A stretch of DNA of 64,000 nt from Phoronis australis (lineage: Eukaryota > Animalia > Phoronida): assembly GCA_002633005.1 (NCBI GenBank), contig NMRA01000214.1, forward strand, positions 612,090 through 676,089. The letters run 5' to 3'. Made by a program: the position numbers and the translations under genes. The notes below the pieces were generated by a model. It saw only the letters and a list, made by a program, of their open reading frames with translations, was not told the origin of the DNA and searched no databases. Positions 13,886 through 25,200 of this stretch are shown one piece after another. Positions within the stretch are counted from its first letter, which is position 1. The number at the start of each line of letters is the position of its first letter.

Positions 13886-15765
13886 ATTATTTCAAATAAA
13901 GGCTTATCATTGCAATCTTAAGATATTGCTTTCACCAATCACCCCGGCATCGGTTTACCAGCGAAGCTGAGATCGACAAATAATCTAAAAATACATGTCC
14001 AAATCACCCCGGTTCAATTAGTAGAGTAGTATTAGTAGAGCTGCTTTCGTCATTTAGTTGACCTTTTAAGAGAAATGTGCTCTCATTGCTGTCTGTCAGT
14101 GGAACACAATGTAAAAATGAAACTGTTTACTCTACCTAGGTTTCTACCCAGCCTCGTCCCCAAGCCTCAAGATGGCGCTGATCTGTTTAGCCATTTGAGG
14201 CTTGGTTAGGAAATCTGTGTCAGAATTCTGACACATTTTTACGGAAATCGCCGGAATATCACGAGTAAAATAACATTGAAATTTTCTGCAGCATAATATA
14301 AAACTAAAAACTAATGGTTTATTGCAGCAATTTAAGTCTAAATTATTGCATACGTAACATCACGTTTCAGGCCAAGAATTTATTTAGAACATAATTATGG
14401 TTTCTTGGCCGCGTTAAATGTGAACTTTAAAAACGATAATGGAAGAAAGCAGACATCTGTCGCAAGAAAACTTTTCCCGCGCATTGAGTGTATATACGAA
14501 CATAATTTATGCACGTCAGTGCTCTTGGGCCCTTTAACTCAAATCGAGGATCCGCCCTTACTGAAAGCGGGCAACATTTGGCTAAGAACGCGCACTGAAA
14601 GCGACTCTGGTCACGGAGTTCTAAATGTTTCCAACGTTTTTGGCCCCTATTCATTCAATTTCATTTCGTTGTGTCAAAATTCTTGACAACGTAAAAACTA
14701 CCTTTAATTATTGAGAGGCTCTAGCTGACTGCTTCAGGAACATATACTAAAACAATGGCAAACATTTGTTGGCAACAAGGAACGCCAGGTTGGCAACAAT
14801 AACTAAATAATATGAATTTAGAGCTTTTTTGAGTCCATGATTTACGCCAAAAAATAATTAATTTACGCTGCAAATAATTAATTTACGCCGCTAATAATTA
14901 TTTTACGCTACTAACAAGAATTAATTTACGTGCGTAACGTTCACCCATTTGGCCAATGATAGTCACAGCATAGAAACACGAATTATATACACTTGGCCTT
15001 GGGCGATTTTGGCCCATGGTAGATTACGCGTCATGGTTAATACAGAGAGTAAGTTATCCCCACATTTCATATTTCGTTCTCATGGTCATGTGTGGTTATT
15101 AACATGGGGGGCGCACCATAGGGGGCTGGGGGTGGGCTATAGCCCCCACTTATTTCAGTGCTGCACCGCCTGTGATATATGTTACATGAAAATTAAAGTT
15201 TCAAACACTTAAGTTACGACCTGATTCGTTCCGCGGTTTCAGCTGGGCCCAACTGGCAAAGACATTTGGGGTACGTTCCATAGACGCATGAATCTAGCGA
15301 AAAAGCAAGGTCACACAAAACCATGCCAGTGAAAGGCGACGTGTTTCGCAAATGTGCTCCAACGAGTACCTTACTATCGCACATGGCAACATGGTGCTCC
15401 TGAACTGATTGGTTGGTGAGGTAGGACTGCTGAATTATTTCATAACATTTATTGTTTCCGTCGCATAAGCAGATTTTTCATTGCGATGGCTTTGTGAGCG
15501 TCTTACATGTACGTCTATGGAACGCGGCCGTCGTATGTGAACCCGGAAGTCATCATCAAGAACCAACCAGATGTTCAACTGGAGTGCAAATCAAGTGCAG
15601 TTTGCGATTATCATAAAGCACACATTAGCATTTCATAATCCGTTTTCAGTTACGTCCTCCCATTTCCGTATATCCCCGTCAGTTTCGGGAAAACCATGCT
15701 CAATTTTTTGGATTGAAAACGGTCATTGGCTCATCGCTACTTATCACTCAATATGAAAATTAATG

Positions 15766-15767
<2 letters not shown>

Positions 15768-15812
<45 letters not shown>
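15768..15812. repeat. (AC)n microsatellite ~210 bp upstream of the copy A ATG
   Basis: Direct array; copy B has only acacacatacaca (~42704). Confidence 0.97.
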
Positions 15813-15813
<1 letters not shown>

Positions 15814-16025
15814 GGACAATCTCACAGTAGAACGAACATTGATTGATATTTTTACAAGGTTTCGGTGACAGAGGCCGCTGCACTCGGTTGCTCGTGTATA
15901 TGTTCATGGTCGAATGGGTAATTATCACTGATTACCGGTATACCGTATTAGTTTTTTCCAGAACACTGAGTGATTGGTGCTTTATCTTGGCATTGACACA
16001 TAGTTTGCTCTTCTTCTACTTTCAG

Positions 16026-16233
16026 ATGGCGGCTAAAGCCGTAAACCCGTCAGCAGTGGATCGTGGATACGCCTGGGTCGTTTTGCTGGCCGGTGTGCTC
16101 GGGAACATCCTACTAGGCGGTGTTTGTTACGGTTCAGGGGTAATAAACGTCCTGTTCTTGGACGCCTTCCGTGACACGAGATCAAAAACTGCGTGGATAA
16201 GTGCTCTGAACGTCTCCCTTCTATCTGCTGCAG
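16026..16233 (+). CDS. SLC16 copy A coding exon 1 (MAAKAV...LLSAAG)
   Basis: Acceptor ttctactttcag directly before ATG; donor G|gtatgt; 208 nt, as in copy B. Confidence 0.92.
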
Positions 16234-19200
16234 GTATGTTCGTAATCATCATCACAAACTGTAACCATGATCTTACCGTGAGTCTCTCTTGTGTTCGAGT
16301 GCCAAACGTAGGCCTCCACGTAACTGCTGAGAACAAAAAGCACGGTTACCGAACATGCCTGCCTAATTTACCGGGTACCAAGTGCACCCGAGGAGCGTGC
16401 GACTTTATGTAACGTTTCGCATTTAACCGAATTTTCAGCGGCAACGAAATCACGCGGCTAAAACCGAGTACCAAATCAAAAGCGACAAACTTTCGGTATA
16501 AACATGGTATCGTTTTGAAATTGGTCTGAGTTGTTCCTTCTGTCAATTTGGACGTGATGTCAGGTCTGAATGAACGCTAGTTTTTAAACTGCTTTAATAA
16601 TGTGTGCAAGTGAATCTTGACTCAGCCATTACACAACGGCAGCTGCTGACGTGTTTTCAATTTAACATTAAATCCAATGGAGAAACCAGCGTCAAAAATG
16701 ATTTATTATTGACGGTCGTATCTCCATGGCGTCCTACACATCCATGTTTAAACTGAAGTTGATCACAACAAAACGTCTTGGGCCGTTTCATGAGGAGTGA
16801 CGTCAGACTTAAGTCAGAAATTTTGTCGGACGCTTCAAGCAACTTTAATGAAAAATAATTTAATCTCATTTTAGCATAAATAAGCAGTCTTAGAATATTC
16901 CCAGAACAGCTAGTTACGTGGATGATTTGCGTACATTATTTCTGGACTGCGGTATGCTACTTATTATATTGCAAAGTCTTTATTCAGAAATTGAGAAGAC
17001 CAAATTTATAACTCAAGTCTTAATAAGTCACTTTTCATGTAACATATCCCTGGAATTTCGTTGACGTCCGTATTGCTTCGATGTCTAATTCTAATCCTCC
17101 GTGCCAAGCAACTTGATATTGAAACAAAAACGAACTGCTAGGTATTTTCAAGCCTATAAATCATTTCCAGTCTGAGCAAGGAACAGTGTGAGACAGATTT
17201 TATGACGGTATTATGTGGCTTAGATCCAATGTTGTTAGTTGACAGAAGGCGTGGTTACGTTCATTGCACCTAGTAGTTTATTACGCGTATTAAAAGTGTA
17301 AAAGAAACAAAGAAAGCACCCAGACTTATACGTTAAGTGAATGCGTGCATGTATGTACAAGGGATAGCTGCGTTTCCTAGAGCCGCAAATGTCCTGCATT
17401 CAAGTAAGCACGTGATTTATACACAAGCTTTACTCCCGTGTGTCTCACATCAGTACTGTTGTGCACCTTGGCACTTGATCAGGGTTACCATAGAATTATA
17501 CGCACGAGCATCACGTCTTACGCACAAACCGCCTACGAACCTATGAATCACGCATACGAACACATGAATCGTGTATACGAACCCATGAATTATGCACACA
17601 AACCAAAAAATCACATATGCGAACAAAAATCATGCGCACGAATCTCAAAAAATCACACCCCATACGAACACAAAATCATACAGACGAATATCGAATCTCA
17701 CGCACAAACACTTTATCGTTTGGTGATTCGTGCGTATGATTCGGATGCTCGTGTGTATGATTTGTGTTCGTATTTGTGAATTTTGTGATTCGTCCGCATG
17801 TTTTTTGTTCGTATTCGTGATTTTTGGGCTCGAATACATGATTCATAGGTTCGTGGGTGGTTCATGCGCATGATTCGAATGCTCGTGTGTATGATTCTAT
17901 GGTAACTTTGGAGATGAAAGCACTGAGTTGGATTAAAGTCTTGGTGCTGAAAGCTTGAGAGAAACAGGCAATTCGTTATGGCTTCAGACCATGCTCACGG
18001 AGGCGGCTTAGTTTCTGTCTCCAAAGCTGTGACTGTCGAGGATAATCCATGAGATTCTTCACGCAATGGCGTTGATTTCTAAGAGCAAACGCGCATGTGA
18101 AGAGAGTTGAAACCTTACGGCAAAACGTACGTGTAATTCCCGTATTAGTTGACATGTATGCAAGTGCAAGCCAGGATTAGATAGTCATTCATGCCAACTA
18201 CGTATGCAATGCATTTGAGCACAGAATGCTACACGCTTATAATGAGTTTTCACAAAAGTAGAACGGAAATGGCAAAAATAATTTCGCGTTAAATTTCGAG
18301 TACAAAGATTAGGTCCCGGGCACAGAACACGGTTCATGGCGTCTCTTGTAGAACTTCGATATCTTTAATTGTTTGCAGGCTGGTATACTTGTAAAGTTCA
18401 AACCAGTCCTTTTGTTGATTTCATAGCATGTAGTAGTGAAAAAAATCTACATGGCATCTTCCCTGTTGTTTTCCTGAAAAATCTTGAAAAAACCCAGTGC
18501 CCGAGAGCACGCGTAATGGTGATAGGTCAGAATGACAGCTCCACTAACTAACGGTACTGGCACAGCTAGGTTATGAGCATTGCAAATAGGCCTTTTTGGT
18601 AGCCATATTGGATTCCAATATGGCTGCAGACAATCGTTTTTTGCCATGACAATACACATTTCCTGATCACAAGATACTGTCTAAAAGCTCCCAACTTTAT
18701 TTCTTTTTGTCTGCCGCCGTCATGATTAAATCCAATATGGTAGTGGCCAGATCACGTGTCTCTCGGAGCACGGAACAGTACGCCAATGGTCAAATTTTCA
18801 CTTTCCTTAAAACTGAACACGGGAAACTATGTACAAAGTTGAATTTGTTTGAAGGAATAAACATAACTACACGTATGTTAAATTTAACAACCTACAGTAT
18901 AGCGCCTGCAACCACCAGCTTATCATTGACAACGTTATTTTCATTCCAGGACCCTTGTCCGGCGCATTGGTAAATTTGATCGGCTTTCGGTGGACGATTA
19001 TTATCGGTGGTCTATTGACTACTACTGGTTGTGTCGTCAGTACATTCTGTTCAAACACTTCACAGTTGATTCTAACATACGGATTTGTCTCAGGTGAGAA
19101 TTTAGTTCTATGGATTAGCAACAGGGTCGCAAGAAGAAGACCTTTGTGCGTAACCAGCCTCCCGTTCAGTAACGCTAGGACCTCGCTAAAGAGCAAGACT

Positions 19201-22200
19201 TCGCGAGATTTCGTGAGAAATTGCCTGTGTATTTTAAATGAAAACACGTGACTTGGACTAGGTTTTAGCTAGGTCCTAGCGTAGGTCCTAGCGTCTACTG
19301 AACACACGCCTAGTTCCCGGGCATCACAAGGTGACGTCACGAATAGCTTGTGAAGGCCCAGGTACAGGGCACTAGAACGATGGTTTTCATTGGCTGTCAG
19401 CTGGCAATTTTTAACCAGGAAGTTGACGTGCACATGCTTATATCCGGTGGGATCCCGCACAACTTGAGGGTCCTAAGATCACCTTGGTGAATTTAACGTG
19501 CGTTGACTTTCAAACTTAGTGAAGAATAATTGGCCATAATGACCAATGTTCGAGCATGCAGTGAAAACAATTGCTTCCAGGGGCATCCAGAACACCTCGG
19601 GTGTTTTCGTAACCTCAAATTTCACCTAATAGGCGAACGCTGTGTGCACGTGTGCGGACTTCAGTTAGCACAATATTCTCAAGACTGATAATCACGTGAA
19701 TTCCCATATTTTTGATCATGTTCATCTCCGAGAGGATATTTGAGGCTACGAAAATATTCCAAGTGTTTCAAAGAAAAATTTGTAAATAGGAAAATAGCCG
19801 AGGTGCTCTAGATGTTCCGAGGGTACATTTGTAGCTACGAAAATACCCGAGAGGTGTCCCAAATGGGCCCTAAGCTTTAGTTTTATACATAATCTGGTAC
19901 TAGCAGGATCTCCACCTATTTAGACAGTGGCTAAAAACAATGAAATTGTATCCTAATGTTACAAATGCACAATCTTTTTATAAGGGTTAATGCTATCAAC
20001 TGAATCCTTTCGTAGTAATTCTTGGACAACTGTCTTTTTCACTCATTAAGCTTGAAGAAGTCAGCTCAGAGATTCCTGTTGCCAAAAAACAGTCTGGTGC
20101 CCAAAGTTTTAAAAATACTGGTATCGTACTAAAACTCCTTCTGCAGTAGCAAAAGGTACCACTTGCAATGTTTTTAACTTCCAGAGTGAAACTCGTTTTA
20201 TTCATGGGAAAAGTTTGCTTTGGTAGGGATTTTTTCAAGCTCCATTTTGAAGATAAACTGTTTGAGAGAAATAACCCAGCTGAGCGTCATGTCCTGTATA
20301 AACCTGAGGAAGTACCCGCTTGGAATGGTTTAAGGAGAGTAATCTGAAAGCCCAGGGAAGGTGGAATGAACCCTATACCTAACAATGTGGGTTGAACATC
20401 TTGGAAGTACAAGAACAATTGTTGATTTCAGAATGCGCTTATCAGATGGTGTCTTATGGGTTCCATATTTCCTTCGAATTAAACTCCTCAAAGGTGCTAT
20501 GAATGAGTTGTATGTGAAAAAATACATTTTGATCTGAACAACTGACCACTATGTACAGGAATTGGAATGACTAAAAGCAGAAAACTTTCCAGATGATCTA
20601 TCGTTTCACAAATACGCTTGTGTGATAAAAATATTTTTCGTGTTGTAAAATTTAACTAGCAAAAATAAATGTCTTTGCATGAATCAAGTAAAAATAATGA
20701 TAAAAAGAAGAAGCTTGAAATCTAATAAGAGGAAATAAAAACAAAAAATGGGAAATCCTCTTAAAAGAGGAAAATTCCAAGCCCTGTTTATATCCCTGTC
20801 TCAACTTGTTCCGTAGTGGACTTGGAAGAGCTCAAACTTTATTATTGCTCAAAGCCATAGTTATTTCACCAGGATTTAAGCAATAACAAACTATCAGTTC
20901 TACCAAGGCCAACATATCACATGCAATCGCAGTAAGGAGCAGTACAGGAGCACACACGTGAAGATTGACACCGGACACTAGTATCCAAATCCAACTGCTG
21001 GATATGCCAATCTTCATGCGAGCAATTGTGATTAGATATTTGCTACTATATGGGCCAAAACAACATTGTTGGTACGAGACTAATCTTACATTGTTACATG
21101 ATGATTCTAAAAAGAGGTTGGGTTAGTAGCAGCTTAAAAATGGTACACTTTGTGGATAAGGAACTTAAAAAGGGTTCATTTTTTCAACACAGTTTAGTAC
21201 TGTACAGATGTTTTCTTATTCTCCACATTGTATTTAAATGCTTTTTGCACTTAACAGATTCTAGCCGAGTTCCAACAAAAGTAGAATCAGAAAATAATAA
21301 AAATAATCTCGAGTAAAAAGTTGAAACCCAGGGCCCAGGTGTTGCTTTCATGGTCTATGCTTTCACAAGGCAGTGAATGTGCAACTTGAATGGCAGTCGG
21401 GTCTTTAATAACCTATTCCCTCAGCACCACTGGTGTAGTCAGAATTATTCAACAGAGGTTGCCAAACTTGAAATTGTTGGCGACCATTGATTGTGATTGT
21501 GATGAGAGGCAACCTGGAGGCACTGCATGAACAGGGGACAGGGAGAGGGGAGCTAGGCAAGCACAGAACTGGAATGAGTTTCTATCAGGGGAAGGGTCTG
21601 TAATGAAGAGGGGGTAGCCCTGTTATGCGCCCCACGGCTATGTTAATACAAGACTTAGTACTTCAGTCTATCCCTAAACTAAAGCACATTTCTAATCAAT
21701 ACATCAGAAAAAAGGTCGCAGTGGTTAGATAAATTTCTTGACATGTTGTGTGATTTGAAGCCTATGAGTGTAATATTTCTAGGAACACATTAATGACGTC
21801 ATGGTTTTAAATTTTGCCGGTGTCAACGTGAGGGTGTTTGCCAGAGCAACTGTTCTGAAGCAATTCACACTGCCCAACACTTGCCACGAGGAGGCCCCCT
21901 CAATAAGAGTCAAATTTGTAATTTGAAAAAAACTGTTCGAAAAGACCTAAATGTTGACTAAAATCAGTGCTGTATTATGTAGATCTTAACCACAAGAATG
22001 ACACACTAGCATGTTTCTCAAAACACTGAGCAAAACATAATGGTAATAGTTTCTTAAAGGGGACCCCCACTTTGAGAACCAGTGTTTTCAACTGCATTAC
22101 AGGAACCTGTTTTTCACTGAATAGCAGACATTAAAACTTGTTCTCAAAATGCAGATTGCCAGTGAGTGACTATTGCCTGGATAACAACCCAACCCATCAA

Positions 22201-25200
22201 ACGCACAAGAAACTGCCAATTTGGGTTAAGTGACCCAACTTAATCTTTGAAGTACCCTGAGGTCCTAATTTTGAAATGTGAGATGTTTTTGCAACTAGTC
22301 ATTTCAACGAGCCAGGTTTTTAAATCCGCTTCCTTACAATGTCTTAACTCCAAAATGCTTTGATTACAGCGAACCTTAATATTTTCGGAATGTTTTAGAA
22401 TGGTTCTGAGACATTGTTTTGCCATTAGACTGAAATTAATAGATGATTGTTGCAAACTGCAACACTTGATATCATGTGAATATGGAAAGCAAAACAATGC
22501 AACAGTCGACAAGTCGGTGTCCAAGAGAGAGAGGAGACTTGTATAGATTGCATATGACCAAATGTGTCACTATGACCAGAGACTCAAGCATTGCAAAAGT
22601 CACCATGAAAGGGGTAATTTCCAAATAAATTCCACACAAAAACATTTAATTTTTGGTTGGAACTGTATAAAATGATCCATTTTTGTACCAAAACCACTAA
22701 AGGTTTCATATACAACTGAGGCTTGTTGTGTTAAAAACAATACAGCCCAAAGAGCTTCTTGCTGAAATTCAATTCCTAGTAAATAATAACTTTACGTAAT
22801 TATGTTATCAGAAAAGTTGACTCTTTCATTGAAGCTCTCACTAAAATGGGTCAGTTTTTAAGACCGTGCCAACAAAAGGGTGAGGTTTTATCTTGCTGAT
22901 TATACAAAAGAGTGGGTATAAACATAATTACATAGCAACAAACAACCTCCGAAATAATTGAATACTCCTTATGACTGTACGATGGCAGTCAAAGGCACTG
23001 CTGAATGGCACGGCCAAAAGCGGTAATGCCAGTCATTATAAAACTATTGCTAGACTGATTAATGTTTGCGTGTTTAGGACCGTTGACTGTACTTTTATGC
23101 TCCTAACTTAGTAGTGACATGTGTGCCAGTGTATTATGGAATGACAATGTCAATGAATAGCAGTATTTCAGCATATACCGCCGGAGGTCCTAAAGTCGTG
23201 AGTGCCCTAAAGTCGTGAACGATCTTCTTATCCGCTTCTGCGCGGTCCCGCGACATCTAGCGTTGAAGTTTCCAGCGTTCGTCTGCTTACGAACGTCAAA
23301 CGAATACCGGGACATGTTGATATTCACAATATGATAATAAACAGTGAGTGAGTGGCTTCTATTTTCAAATGTATCTTAAAAGCAGCATATTTCACAAATC
23401 CACTTTTTTGTGCATGTTCAAAATATATTTTCGAAAATATACATCGTTCAGATTTGCTCAAACACGCGCTCCAGGGTTAGCTTGAACAATGTATCAAAAT
23501 GCCCCAGGGTCGATCAAGTTTTGTAAAACCAAAGCAATAAAATACAGGGAGATAATTGATGCTGGGTTCTTAACGTTTTACGTAAACATCCTCATTGAAA
23601 ACCTCTGTGCACAGCGGAATTGGGTGCAAAACACATAATACTTTATTTCAATTGAAACTGAAGTAATAAACAATGCAATGCGTTTTTATGTCGTCTAGAG
23701 TAACTGTAAGCACTGTAGTTGATTTGTGTTGCCTTACTTCGTGCATTTCCTTCTAAACGAAACGGTCACGACTTTAGGGCCTCATTCAACTAATGGCCGG
23801 CGATATAAGCGGCCCTTTCAAAACTCTGCATACGGAGACAAACACTGGTTAAGACTGGAAAAACACGTATATTTGTGAAGGCTGATACATGTCCATGACA
23901 TTACAAGAGCAGTTGCTAACGGACATTGGGTAGTATGACAATCAGCTGCTTTTCATGCTTATATCCATCAGGCATGACTTTAGGTCACCGGAGTCTAATC
24001 CTTATCTGACCCACTAGTTCAACCTTCACGGTGTATTCACGGGAGCTTATACAACGTACATGAACATTTGAACATATGAGTGCTCTGAAAAGGTCAAGAC
24101 AATGTCCCGTCAGTGGCCGCGACGCACTCAGCCACTCCTTTCCCGTTATTCGGTGCTATCACAGTATGCCTAAAATGACTGTTGACTGTTTCGGGTGGCC
24201 TAATATGCCTATCTCTTCCACAAATTATTTCGTAAAAAATCACATCACTTCAGAATCCAGCATAGTATACAAGATAATTATCATTAAATGTTTAGTATAC
24301 GTTACTAGTGATGTATTCCTTGGCTCGTTAGCTTTGAAATCCGGAGTTTGAGGAAAACAGAGAGATTTAAACAGCTGTAAATCCATCGACATTCCTTCAC
24401 TGGAAGTCGCCATGTTGATGATCTAGTTTGACCTATAATACAACTGACCAAAATAGAATGCCTTGTTTCTTGAAATCGGGAACAGCCAATGATATTCCAA
24501 GAAGACGCATCAAAAGTGCCCTATAGTAGACCCCAACCAATCTCGTAAGTCTGTGCAGGAGACTACCTGCGTGCGCTGATTGTTTATCTTTGAGTTTCGA
24601 GATTTTGGTTCATGTCAGCTATTATGCTTGAAACCGGGTAGTGCACAAATCTCTGTGTTCAACGCATCATCGGTCGAGGGATGTGGATAATGGATTTTTA
24701 TGCGCCCACATATAAATATGTGGGCGCATATTGCCGTCATCTCTGTCTGGGCGTCTGGGAGTCCGTCGCCGTCGTCCGACGTCCGGCGTCCATAGCTGTA
24801 TCTTCTAAGCCCCTCACAGGATCTTGATGAGATTTGGCAGTTGTGTTTCTATGAAGCTGACGACAGATGACGAATTTCGGACCTTTCCGACTACCGGTGT
24901 GCCCCCTATTGTCAATTTTATTTTTTTTACGCTGACTTCTGTATTTTCGGAAGTCCGACTCAACGTATTTTCATAAAATTGGAAATATAGGCATCTATTT
25001 TGTGAGATAATGCTATCCTCTCGTTTTCCGATGAATTCGACGCTGTTTGGTCCGCCTAGTGGCCATTTTTACTGTTTTCTAGTTTGTTTTTGGCATCCTT
25101 CCTGATATCAACCAAACCGCTCTAGGGATGATTGTGAAAATTGGCATGTATGTTTTTACTATTAAGATGATTTTCTAACGACTTCGACTACTGTGGCACC

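Noticed and set aside
15843-16412. 189-aa ORF (and 42829-43344, 26347-27300, 46163-47107) as stand-alone genes
   Set aside because: Each is an exon plus intron read-through; splice sites define the real boundaries
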